Origin: an uncultured Chloroflexia bacterium
GTDB taxonomy: Bacteria; Chloroflexota; Limnocylindria; Limnocylindrales; CSP1-4
Reading direction: 5' to 3'
DNA length: 64,000 nt
NCBI GenBank assembly: GCA_963834915.1
Contig: CAWIDI010000006.1
Location: forward strand, 84,444 to 148,443
Within the stretch, counting starts at the first letter, position 1, and every line of letters starts with the position of its first letter. Below the pieces are notes generated by a model. The model was given only the letters and a program-made list of their open reading frames with translations, did not search any database and had not been told where the DNA came from. Positions 28,538 through 37,114 of this stretch are shown here, one piece after another. The position numbers and the translations under genes are program-made.

Positions 28538-29770
28538 ATGATCGTCCTCCTGGGGGCGTTCGTGGCAGGGATCCTCACGATCCTGTCGCCCTGCACGCTC
28601 CCGGTCGTCCCGCTGATCCTGGGTGCGTCCATGACGGGTCGCGCCCGACGCCTCGCCTGGATCCTGCTCGGGTTCGTGGCCTCGTTCGTCGCGGTGACCG
28701 TCGTGCTCGCGTCGGCGCTGGCGGCGTTCGACCTCACGACATCGACCGCCCGCGTCCTCTCGGCCATCGTGCTCGGCGTCGCCGGCGCCACGGTCGTGAT
28801 CCCGGCGTTCGGCACCGCCGTCGAGCGCCGTCTCACCCCGGTCGCGGACCGCGCGACACGGATGACGAGTGCCAGGTCGGCCTCAGGGCCGCTCCGGTCG
28901 CTGACCCTTGGCGGCCTCATCGGTCTCATCTGGGCGCCGTGCGTCGGCCCGCTGATGGCCGCGGTCATCGTGTCAGCGGCGACCGTCGGTCCGACACTCA
29001 GCGGGACGAGCATCGCCCTTGCCTACGCGGCCGGTGCCGCCGTCGCCATCGGCACGGTCGCCCTGCTGGGCCAGCGGGTCGTGCGCCGGATCCAGCCGCG
29101 TCAGCGAGCGACCATCCAGCGATCGGTCGGTCTCGCCATGCTGTTGACCGCGGCGTTGGTGGCGACGGGGCTCGACCTCACCATCCAGGCACGCGTGGCC
29201 GAGATCATGCCCGGAGGCGCGGGCACGGTGTTCGCCCTCGAGGCGCCGTCGGCCAGCGCATCACCCGCCGGCGGCGGCGCCCCGGGCCGCCGGGATCCCG
29301 AGGCGATGCCTGCCGTGCATCTCGATGACCTGGGCGTGGCGCCCGAGCTGGCGGGGATCACAGACTGGATCAACAGCCAGCCGTTGACGCTCGCCTCCCT
29401 TCGGGGACACGTGGTCCTCGTCCATTTCTGGACCTTCGGGTGCATCAACTGCATCCACGTCCAGCCGTACGTCAAGGCCTGGTACGACCACTACGCCGCC
29501 GCTGGGCTCGTCGTCGTCGGCGTCCACACGCCAGAGCTGTCGTTCGAGCGCGACATCGGCAACGTTCGCGCCGCTGTGCAGGACCAGGGCGTCCGATTCC
29601 CGGTCGCCTTCGATCCGGGGTACTCGACATGGCAGGCCTACGGGAACCATTACTGGCCGGCGTTCTACTTCATCGATCGCACCGGCCACATCCGCCACAC
29701 CCACTTCGGGGAGGGGGACTACGACGGATCCGAAGCCGTCATCAAGGCGCTCCTGGCCGAGCCGACCTGA
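28538..29770 (+). CDS. dipZ: Cytochrome c biogenesis/thiol-disulfide protein DipZ (CcdA/DsbD membrane domain fused to a thioredoxin-like domain)
   Basis: Membrane Cys motifs LSPCTLPVVP and WAPCVGP. C-terminal redoxin HFWTFGCINCIH..VVGVHTPELSFERD..HFGEGDYD. Confidence 0.9.
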   Translation: MIVLLGAFVAGILTILSPCTLPVVPLILGASMTGRARRLAWILLGFVASFVAVTVVLASALAAFDLTTSTARVLSAIVLGVAGATVVIPAFGTAVERRLTPVADRATRMTSARSASGPLRSLTLGGLIGLIWAPCVGPLMAAVIVSAATVGPTLSGTSIALAYAAGAAVAIGTVALLGQRVVRRIQPRQRATIQRSVGLAMLLTAALVATGLDLTIQARVAEIMPGGAGTVFALEAPSASASPAGGGAPGRRDPEAMPAVHLDDLGVAPELAGITDWINSQPLTLASLRGHVVLVHFWTFGCINCIHVQPYVKAWYDHYAAAGLVVVGVHTPELSFERDIGNVRAAVQDQGVRFPVAFDPGYSTWQAYGNHYWPAFYFIDRTGHIRHTHFGEGDYDGSEAVIKALLAEPT

Positions 29771-29809
29771 CCAGCGAACCTTGGGCGAGACCGCCACACA
29801 CCTAGACAT

Positions 29810-30268
29810 ATGCCCGGTCCGAGGGCACACTTCCTCGATATGGACCCCCCGTCGAGCAACCTCCTTCGACTCGGCCAGGCCGCCGAGATGCTCGGCGTCA
29901 CCGTCGAGACGCTCCGTCGCTGGGAGGCGGATGGCCGTCTCACCATGACCCGCTCGGATGGCGGGCAGCGACTGGTCGAGATGGACCAAGTCGCCCGGCT
30001 GATGGACGAGCGCCGCAAGGGCGCCACGGACCGTCCCATCGTCGCGCAGTCGGCGCGCAATCGATTCCCCGGGATCGTCACCCGCATCGAGAAGGACCGC
30101 GTCGCCGCGGTCGTCGAGATCCAGGCCGGACCGCATCGGATGGTCAGCCTCATGACCGCGGAGGCGGTGGAGGAGATGGGCCTGAAGGTCGGCGACGAGG
30201 CCGTGGGCGTCGTCAAGGCCACCAACGTGATCGTCGAGATCCCGTCCGCCAGGGAGACCCGATCCTGA
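29810..30268 (+). CDS. MerR/excisionase-type HTH + TOBE domain regulator (molybdate-responsive type)
   Basis: LLRLGQAAEMLGVTVETLRRWEADGRL.. followed by a TOBE/Mop domain SARNRFPGIVTRIEKDRVAAVVEIQAGPHRMVSLMTAEAVEEMGLKVGDEAVGVVKATNV. Possible start at 29840. Confidence 0.8.
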   Translation: MPGPRAHFLDMDPPSSNLLRLGQAAEMLGVTVETLRRWEADGRLTMTRSDGGQRLVEMDQVARLMDERRKGATDRPIVAQSARNRFPGIVTRIEKDRVAAVVEIQAGPHRMVSLMTAEAVEEMGLKVGDEAVGVVKATNVIVEIPSARETRS

Positions 30269-30297
30269 CCTCGCGGTCCATCGGCCTGCTGGGCGTC

Positions 30298-31119
30298 TTG
30301 CTCCTGCTCGTGGTCGCGTGCTTCAGTGGCCCGCCGTCGGCGGCACCCACCGCGGCCGTCCCGACCCCCTCGGCCGCCGCCGGCTCGACCTCACCGGCCA
30401 GCGCTGCTCCGGTCTCGCTGACGATCTTCGGTGCGGCCTCGCTCAAGGGCGCACTCGACCAGGCCAAGGTGGCCTACGAGGCGGCGCACGCGGGGACGAC
30501 GGTCACGGTCTCGACCGACTCGTCGTCCGCGCTCGCGACGAAGATCGAGCAGGGTGCTCCCGCCGATGTCTTCCTGTCCGCGGACACGACCAACCCCAGG
30601 AAGCTCGTCGAGAAGGGCCTGGCAGCCGGCGAGCCCGTGGACTTCGCGGGCAACGAGCTGACGGTCATCGTCCCGACCGCCGACCCCGGCGGCGTGACGA
30701 CGCCGGCGGACCTCGCCAGGGCCGGTCTGAAGGTCATCGCGGCGGGCGACGACGTGCCGATCACGACGTATGCGAACCAGCTGGTCGCCAACCTGGCCAG
30801 GGAGCCGGGCTACCCGCCGGACTTCGCGGCCGGGTATGCCGCCAACATCGTGTCCAGGGAAGACAACGTGAAGGCCGTCGTCGGCAAGATCGAGCTCGGC
30901 GAAGGTGACGCCGGCATCGTCTACGTGACGGACGCGACGGCATCGATCAGGGTCGTGACGGTCGACGTCCCTGACGCCGCCAACGTCCCGGCCACGTACG
31001 CCGGCGTGGTCGTCAAGGGGTCCGCGAACGTCGATGACGCGACCGCATTCCTGACCTGGTTCGCCGGTCCGGACGGTCAGGCCATCCTGGCCGGCTTCGG
31101 GTTCCTGCCGCCCTCATGA
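30298..31119 (+). CDS. modA: Molybdate ABC transporter substrate-binding lipoprotein
   Basis: Lipobox LLVVAC. LTIFGAASLKGALDQAKVAYE..VFLSADTTNP..GEGDAGIVYVTDA. The TTG start is from the ORF track and the true start is uncertain. Confidence 0.9.
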   Translation: MLLLVVACFSGPPSAAPTAAVPTPSAAAGSTSPASAAPVSLTIFGAASLKGALDQAKVAYEAAHAGTTVTVSTDSSSALATKIEQGAPADVFLSADTTNPRKLVEKGLAAGEPVDFAGNELTVIVPTADPGGVTTPADLARAGLKVIAAGDDVPITTYANQLVANLAREPGYPPDFAAGYAANIVSREDNVKAVVGKIELGEGDAGIVYVTDATASIRVVTVDVPDAANVPATYAGVVVKGSANVDDATAFLTWFAGPDGQAILAGFGFLPPS

Positions 31120-31281
31120 TCGACGGCGTCAGGGCAGCGACGCCCATCCCGCGCGTCGAACGAGCCCGGCCCGGCCACCGCGGGGAGCCCGCACCGACGC
31201 AGGACCTCGCTGGGCGAGTGGTCGATCCGCGCGATCGCGGGGCTGACCGCGCTCTTCCTGGGCCTGCCGGTCGCCGCCCTC

Positions 31282-32007
31282 GTGGCCCGCGCGGTCGTCG
31301 ATGGCGCGCTCGCCCACGCGCTGACGACCCAGGTCGTGCTCGATGCCCTGGCGCTCAGCCTGGTGACGACGGCGGTGAGCCTGGTGCTGACCGTCAGCCT
31401 CGGCCTGCCGATGGCGATCGTCCTGGCGCGCCGGCGGTTCCGCGGCCAGTCCCTCCTGGAAGCCATCGTCGACCTCCCGATCGTGCTCCCGCCATCGGTC
31501 GCCGGGATCGCCCTGCTGCTCGCGTTCGGCCGCAACGGGCTGCTCGGCGGATCGCTCGAGGCGTTCGGGATCGCGATCCCGTTCACGACGGCCGCGGTGA
31601 TCCTCGCCCAGACGTTCGTGTCGATGCCGTTCTTCATCCGCTCCGCGCGCACCGGGATCGCCGGGGTCGACCGCGATCTCGAGGACGCAGCGCGCGTCGA
31701 CGGCGCGTCCGAACGGCAGGTCTTCCAATCGATCACCGTCGCCCTGGCGTCGTCGGCCCTGGCCGCCGGGCTGGTGATGAGCTGGGCCCGGGCGCTGGGC
31801 GAGTTCGGGGCCACGATCATGTTCGCCGGGAACCTCGAGGGCTCGACCCAGACGCTGCCGCTCCTCGTCTACAGCGAGTTCCAGGGCGTCAGCCTGGATT
31901 CGTCGATCGCCGCCGCGACGATCCTGATCCTGGCGGCCTTCGGCGTGCTCATCGCGGTCCGCGTCTTCCATTGGGGTCGCTTGCTCGATTCGCGCGCGCT
32001 CACGTGA
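31282..32007 (+). CDS. modB: Molybdate ABC transporter permease (5' end unresolved)
   Basis: ..LPIVLPPSVAGIALLLAFGRNG..EDAARVDGASERQVFQSITVALA (EAA loop). The first TM helix (SLGEWSIRAIAGLTALFLGLPVAAL) is encoded in frame upstream of the GTG without a canonical start. An ATG coupled to the modA stop (31116, ATGA) lies in another frame. Confidence 0.85.
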   Translation: MARAVVDGALAHALTTQVVLDALALSLVTTAVSLVLTVSLGLPMAIVLARRRFRGQSLLEAIVDLPIVLPPSVAGIALLLAFGRNGLLGGSLEAFGIAIPFTTAAVILAQTFVSMPFFIRSARTGIAGVDRDLEDAARVDGASERQVFQSITVALASSALAAGLVMSWARALGEFGATIMFAGNLEGSTQTLPLLVYSEFQGVSLDSSIAAATILILAAFGVLIAVRVFHWGRLLDSRALT

Positions 32008-32110
32008 GCCGTCGCTGTCGCCTATCCGCGTTCGACGGCCGCGGCACCGCGCGTCCCGCGATGCCACCATGAGTGGCGACCCACCGCCGACCGCCATGGA
32101 GGGATCGAGA

Positions 32111-32323
32111 ATGAGGATCAGCGCCCGCAACCAGCTGCCGGGGACCGTCAAGACCGTCATCGAAGGGGCCGTGATGGCCGAGGTCACCGTGGAGGTCCAG
32201 GGCGGCCACCAGATCGTCGCCGCCATCACCGCCGAGTCCGCCCGCCAGCTCGAGATCCGGGTCGGCTCACGGGTCGTCGCCGTGATCAAGTCCACCGAGG
32301 TGATGCTCGCGGTCGAGGACTGA
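32111..32323 (+). CDS. mop: Mop/TOBE molybdate-binding protein (molbindin)
   Basis: ATG 32111 after GGAGGG. MRISARNQLPGTVKTVIEGAVMAEVTVEVQGGHQIVAAITAESARQLEIRVGSRVVAVIKSTEVMLA. Confidence 0.8.
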   Translation: MRISARNQLPGTVKTVIEGAVMAEVTVEVQGGHQIVAAITAESARQLEIRVGSRVVAVIKSTEVMLAVED

Positions 32324-32331
32324 CCGGCATC

Positions 32332-32886
32332 ATGACCGCCATGCCAGAACGACCCGAAGACCACCAGCCGCCCACGCCACTCGACGGGCTCGTCCACGCG
32401 CCCGAGACCGAGCGCGCGCTGGCCGAGAACGCGGGCTACGCCGCGACCTTCGACCGCCCCGGCGAGATCCGTTCGCCAAGGCGGGGACTCGCCGTCGTGG
32501 CCTGCATGGACTCGCGGCTCACGGTCGAGGAGGTGCTGGGCCTCCGTTCCGGCGACGCCCACATCATCCGCAACGCCGGCGGCCTGGCCACCGACGACGC
32601 CATCCGCTCCCTCGTCATCAGCCAGCACCTCCTGGGCACCGGCGAGGTCATCGTCATCGAGCACACTGGCTGTGGGCTGTTGACCTTCGACGACGAGCAG
32701 GTCCGCGCCCGGCTCGCGGAAGCGACCGGCACGGTCGTGGACCTGCCGCTTCAGCCGTTCGCCGACCTCGAAGCAAATCTCGTCGCCCAGGTCGAGCGGA
32801 TCCGGGCGCACCCGTGGATCAAGGACGTCCCCGTGAGCGGCCTCATCTTCGACGTCGAGACGGGGCAGCTGCACCGCGTGGTCTGA
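32332..32886 (+). CDS. Beta-class carbonic anhydrase
   Basis: Zinc-ligand pattern VACMDSRL .. IEHTGCGL. Confidence 0.9.
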   Translation: MTAMPERPEDHQPPTPLDGLVHAPETERALAENAGYAATFDRPGEIRSPRRGLAVVACMDSRLTVEEVLGLRSGDAHIIRNAGGLATDDAIRSLVISQHLLGTGEVIVIEHTGCGLLTFDDEQVRARLAEATGTVVDLPLQPFADLEANLVAQVERIRAHPWIKDVPVSGLIFDVETGQLHRVV

Positions 32887-32931
32887 CGGTCCACGGCCGG
32901 ACGGGGCATCGACGCCGCGGCCCGGCCCGGT

Positions 32932-34293
32932 TCATGGCTCCGCGAGGACCTGGCGGTCGAGCCACTCCCCGGGCTCCTGCCGCGGCCGGACGAGCGCGGC
33001 CCGGCCGCCCCGCGCCACGACCTCGGCCGGGATCGCATGGGACAGGAAGAACGGCATCGACTCCGTGAAGCCATAGGCGCCGACGTCCAGCACGGCCATC
33101 AGGTCGCCGACCTCCGGCGTCGGGATGATCGCGTGCTGGCTGAAGACGTCCAGCCCGGAGCAGAGCGGACCCGCCACCGTGACCGGTCCGAGCCGACCCG
33201 GCGTCCGGCCCGAGACCGGCCGGACGCGGTGCTCCTGTCCGACGAGGACGGGCCGGAGGACGTGGTGGACGCCGCCATCAAGGACCACGACGGTCGAGCC
33301 GTCGACGGTCTTGCGGTCGACGACCCTGGCCAGGTAGGCGCCGGCCGGCCCGACCAGGAACCGCCCGGGCTCAAGGAGCAGTCGCGCGTCGGCGAGCATC
33401 GGGTCGTCCGGCCAACCGGCAACGATCGAGGTGATGCCGCTCCCCAGCCGGACGAGGTCGAGCGACTCCTCGTGGGTCTCGTAGGGGATCCCGAGGCCGC
33501 CGCCGGCGTCCACGACCCGCACGGTCGTGCCCGCCGCGCGGGCGAGCTGGACCGCGGCCCGGACGGTGGTGGCCACGTGGTCCACGAGAGCGGGCGCGTC
33601 GAGGACGTTCGACGCCCCGAAGGCGTGGAGGCCGAGCAGCTCGAGGTGCGGGGAGGCGGCGGCGCGCCGCGCGGAGGCGACCAGGTCGGCCGCGTCCATC
33701 CCGAACTTGCCGGCGCCGTCGTCGCCGACGAGGCGGACCCGCTCCAGCCGCGCCCCCTCGGTCACGGATGCGCGGAGGAGGACCGGGACCCGGCGGCCGG
33801 CCTCGGCGGCGATGGCTTCGAGCCTCGCCAGCTCCCCGGGTGATTCCACGGTCACCGCGCGGATCCCGGCTGCGACCGCGGCGCGGAGCTCCTCGTCGCG
33901 CTTGCCGGGGCCGGTCATGACGATCCGGGCGGGGTCGATGCCGGCCCGGAGCGCGGTGGCCAGCTCGCCGGCCGAGGCGACGTCGGCCCCGAGCCCGAGA
34001 CGGCCGAGATGGGCGACGACCGCCAGCGCCGGGTTCGCCTTGACCGCGTAGGCCAGGTCGACGACCGGCGGCAGCACGGCCCGCAGCGACTCGACCTGGC
34101 GGTCGATGACGTCGAGGTCGTAGACGTACAGCGGGGTGCCGAACCGCTGGGCCAGCTCCTCCGGGGCCAGGCCGCCGAGGCGGCCCGCCCGGAGGATCTC
34201 GTTACGGGCGGGGGGCCGTCCGCGGCGAGGAGCGGGGTCGTCGTCCCTGAGAGCTGGACGCGGCACCGCCGGGGGTAGTCGGACGAGGCTCAT
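32932..34293 (-). CDS. lysA: Diaminopimelate decarboxylase
   Basis: Last 453 codons of track ORF 32932..35079: FGTPLYVYDL, AYAVKANP (PLP Lys), DAGGGLG, EPGRFLVGPAG, CSGLD. The ATG overlaps the dapD stop (ATGA). Confidence 0.9.
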   Translation of the reverse strand: MSLVRLPPAVPRPALRDDDPAPRRGRPPARNEILRAGRLGGLAPEELAQRFGTPLYVYDLDVIDRQVESLRAVLPPVVDLAYAVKANPALAVVAHLGRLGLGADVASAGELATALRAGIDPARIVMTGPGKRDEELRAAVAAGIRAVTVESPGELARLEAIAAEAGRRVPVLLRASVTEGARLERVRLVGDDGAGKFGMDAADLVASARRAAASPHLELLGLHAFGASNVLDAPALVDHVATTVRAAVQLARAAGTTVRVVDAGGGLGIPYETHEESLDLVRLGSGITSIVAGWPDDPMLADARLLLEPGRFLVGPAGAYLARVVDRKTVDGSTVVVLDGGVHHVLRPVLVGQEHRVRPVSGRTPGRLGPVTVAGPLCSGLDVFSQHAIIPTPEVGDLMAVLDVGAYGFTESMPFFLSHAIPAEVVARGGRAALVRPRQEPGEWLDRQVLAEP

Positions 34294-35079
34294 CGAAGCG
34301 CATCCTCGAGCGCCACGCGTGCCGAGGTGCGGGCGTCGCGGTCCTTGACGAGCAGGGCGACCGAGGCGGACAGCCCATGGGTCGCGGCGAAGGACCCCGC
34401 CACGGACCGGGCGCCTGGCACGACCACTGCCCCGCGCCGGGACGACGAGCGGACGATCGGCGGTCCCCTGGATCACCCGCTCGCGGACGAGGTCGTAGAG
34501 CCGCGACGTCCCAGTGAGGGTGACCCCCGCGCCGATGACGGCGCCGGTCCGGACGAGCACGCCCTCGAGCAGGGCGCTGCCGGCGCCGACGAACGCGTCG
34601 TCCTCGACGATCACGGGCCGTGCACCGGCTGGTTCGAGGACCCCGCCGATCGACACACCCGCCGAGAGATGGACGCGCGCCCCGATCTGGGCGCAGGAGC
34701 CGACCAGGACGTGCGAGTCGACCATCGTCTCGTCCCCGACCCACGCCCCGATGTTCACGTAGGAGGGCGGCATGACCACGACGTTCTCCCCGAGGTGGGC
34801 GCCGCGCCGGACGGCCGTGCCGCCCGGCACGATCCGCCACGGCCCGTCGGCCAGGTCGCGCGGCGGGACCGCGGCCCGGTCGCGGAAGCTCATCGGGCCG
34901 GCGGACCACGTCGCGACCGTCCGGTCGGCGAAGCAGGCGAGGATCGCGGCCTTCACCTCGGGTCGGACCCGCCAGCCGTCCTCGCGCTCCAGGTCCGGCT
35001 CGGCCGCGCGGAGGCGGCCGGCCTCCAGGTCGTCGAGCAGCGTCCCGACCGAGCGGTCCGCCTCGAGCGTGGCGGTCAT
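34290..35079 (-). pseudogene. dapD: Tetrahydrodipicolinate N-succinyltransferase, frame broken once
   Basis: ..MPPSYVNIGAWVGDETMVDSHVLVGSCAQIGARVHLSAGVSIGGVLEP..IVEDDAFVGAGS.. (hexapeptide repeats). After ..RPLVVPA (~34431) the conserved end G/AVVVPGARSVAGSFAATHGLSASVALLVKDRDARTSARVALEDALR* is in another frame and stops at 34290-34292. Confidence 0.9.
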
Positions 35080-36095
35080 GCCACGGCCTCGCGGGCCGTA
35101 GCGGAGCGGGCCGAGATCCGCCCGCCGGCCGCCTCGCTCAGGCCGAGCGAGCGCAGCGTCACGGCCATCGCGGCCCTGGCGTCCGGGTCGAGCGGCAGGA
35201 GCGGCGCCCGGACGGCGTCGGTGTCGAGCAGGCCCATGAGGACCAGCGCGGCCTTCGCCGGGACCGGGTTCGGGCCGCCCCGGAAGTTGCCGAGGAACAG
35301 CGGCAGCCAGCGCTCGTGGGTGCGGCGCGCCGCCTCCCAGTCGCCAGCCTGCGCCGCGGCGCAGAGCGCGACCAGCTCGCCGGGGATCTCGTTGGAGGCC
35401 ACGGACACGACCCCGTCGCCGCCCATCGCGAGGACCGAGAGGGTCCAGGCATCGTCCCCGGCGAGCACGGCCACGTCGCGCGGCCGGTCGCGGCAGATCC
35501 GGGCGATCTGCTCGAGGTTGCCGCTGGCCTCCTTCACCGCGACGACGCGCGGGTGCTCGGCCAGGCGGAGGAAGGTGTCGGTGTCGACGTTCGTGCCGGT
35601 CCGCGACGGGACGTTGTAGACGACGATCGGCAGGTCGCCCTCGTCGGCGATCGCGCGGTAGTGCGCCTCGAGCATCCGGCCGTCCGGGCGGTTGTAGTAG
35701 GGCGCCACCACGAGCGCCGCGTCGGCGCCGAGCTCGGCGGCGCGCCGCGTCGCCCGGATGGTGGCGGCGGTGTCGTACGAGCCGGTGCCCGCGATGACGT
35801 GCACACGCGATCGCGAGGCCCGCTCCGAGGCGATCTCGACGGTCGCGGCGATGAGCCGCTCGCGCTCGTCCTCGCTAAGGGTCGGCAATTCGCCGGTCGT
35901 GCCGCACGGCACGAGCCCGTCGATCCCGGCCAGGATCTGCCAGCGGACGAGCCGCCGGAAGGCGGCCTCGTCGAGGGCGCCGTCGGCCGTGAACGGCGTG
36001 ACCAGCGCGGTGAATGCCCCACGCAGCATGGGCCGGGTCTGGCGGGTCGTCGTCGTGGACCGGGTCGTGGTCGAGGGGCGGGCGGTACGAGTCAT
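35076..36095 (-). CDS. dapA: 4-hydroxy-tetrahydrodipicolinate synthase
   Basis: ATG 36095 after AAAGGAG (alternative 36029). FTALVTPFT..GLVPCGTTGE..VYNVPSRTG..AVKEASG. Confidence 0.9.
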   Translation of the reverse strand: MTRTARPSTTTRSTTTTRQTRPMLRGAFTALVTPFTADGALDEAAFRRLVRWQILAGIDGLVPCGTTGELPTLSEDERERLIAATVEIASERASRSRVHVIAGTGSYDTAATIRATRRAAELGADAALVVAPYYNRPDGRMLEAHYRAIADEGDLPIVVYNVPSRTGTNVDTDTFLRLAEHPRVVAVKEASGNLEQIARICRDRPRDVAVLAGDDAWTLSVLAMGGDGVVSVASNEIPGELVALCAAAQAGDWEAARRTHERWLPLFLGNFRGGPNPVPAKAALVLMGLLDTDAVRAPLLPLDPDARAAMAVTLRSLGLSEAAGGRISARSATAREAVA

Positions 36096-36124
36096 CGGGT
36101 CTGCTCCTTTCGGGGACGGGGTGG

Positions 36125-36856
36125 TCAGGCGGCGATGGCCGGACGAGCAAGGAGCTCGTCCACGATCGGATCGAAGGGGTGGAGGCCGGCCGGCCGCGGC
36201 GCCCGGTCGAGCCAGTCGGCGGCGGCGAGGATGCCGGCCGCGTAGGCCGACCGGTCGCGCGCGGTCAGCCGCAGCTCGACGGTCTCGCCGGCCGCATCGA
36301 ACCCGACGAGGTGCATCCCGGGCGAGGCGCCGGCTCGGATCGACACGACCTCGAGGTCGTCCTCGGCGGTGAGCCGCGGATGGCCGTCGACGATCCGCCC
36401 GGTCAGCTCCCGGGCGGTGCCGGACGGCCGGTCGAGCTTGGTTCGGCGGTGCCATTCGACGAGGTACGGATCGAATGCATCGACCGGCCCGAAGAGGGCC
36501 ACGGCCGCGTCCACGAGCCGTCCGAAGAGCGCGACACCGAGGCTGAAGTTCGCGGCGGCGACGGCCGCGGCGTCATGTCCCGCGAGCAGTCCCTCGACGA
36601 GCGCCCGGTCCGAGGTCCAGCCGGTCGTCGCGATGACGACCCGCCGGACTCCGGCGTCGAGGGCATCCGCCAGGTTCGTCGCGACGGCGTCCGGTCGGGA
36701 CGCCTCGACCACCAGATCCGATCCCGCGAACGCGGCGGGCAGGTGGCGCCCGACGTCGGGCCGGCCGAGGACCCGGGCGGTCAGGCCGCGTCCGCGCGCC
36801 TCCGCGGCCACGGCCTGGCCCAGGCCGCCGTCGCCAAGGATGGTGATCGTCTGCAT
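36125..36856 (-). CDS. dapB: 4-hydroxy-tetrahydrodipicolinate reductase
   Basis: MQTITILGDGGLGQAV..EWHRRTKLDRPSGTA..RAGASPGMH. Confidence 0.9.
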   Translation of the reverse strand: MQTITILGDGGLGQAVAAEARGRGLTARVLGRPDVGRHLPAAFAGSDLVVEASRPDAVATNLADALDAGVRRVVIATTGWTSDRALVEGLLAGHDAAAVAAANFSLGVALFGRLVDAAVALFGPVDAFDPYLVEWHRRTKLDRPSGTARELTGRIVDGHPRLTAEDDLEVVSIRAGASPGMHLVGFDAAGETVELRLTARDRSAYAAGILAAADWLDRAPRPAGLHPFDPIVDELLARPAIAA

Positions 36857-37075
36857 CTCGTCGGTCCCTCGTTTCGCGTGGTGGAGGGCCGCCGGTTCGG
36901 GAGATCCCAGGACATGAAAAGACCGCGGTCACCGTCGTTGGTGCCGCGGCCCCTGGAGCCTCCGTTCCCTGGAGGCCCCGGTTCGTCGTGTCGGACGCGC
37001 CGTCTAGAGCCCCAGGGCCCGTGCCTCCCGGCAGGGCCGCCAGAGCTTCTTCTTCAATTCCTCGGAGAAGGGATG
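36857..37075 (-). promoter_or_regulatory. Structured ~215-nt 5' leader of dapB-dapA-dapD-lysA
   Basis: Several successive hairpins (GCCCTGCC/GGCA-C-GGGC, GCCTCC/GGAGGC, and the terminator-like stem). A CCCTC element can pair with the GAGGG Shine-Dalgarno. An AT-richer patch at 37040-37114 is the likely divergent promoter region. Confidence 0.35.
36916..36949 (-). terminator. Terminator-like hairpin inside the dapB leader (candidate attenuator or riboswitch expression platform)
   Basis: Minus strand: CCGCGGCACC-AACGAC-GGTGACCGCGG followed by TCTTTTC, ending about 60 nt upstream of the dapB ATG. Confidence 0.4.
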
Positions 37076-37114
37076 ACGGTTCATAACGAGAACCATACGC
37101 ATATTCGCGATCTC

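Noticed and set aside
31129-32874. 581-aa minus-strand ORF
   Set aside because: Antisense shadow spanning modB, mop and the carbonic anhydrase gene.
32932-35079. Single 715-aa DapD-LysA fusion protein
   Set aside because: The DapD C-terminus continues in another frame to a stop that overlaps the lysA ATG. The apparent fusion results from one frame break.
36014-37114. N-terminal ~365 codons of the 729-aa ORF ending in the M23 peptidase
   Set aside because: This part is antisense to dapA and dapB. The peptidase has its own ATG (37115) and membrane anchor after the intergenic region.
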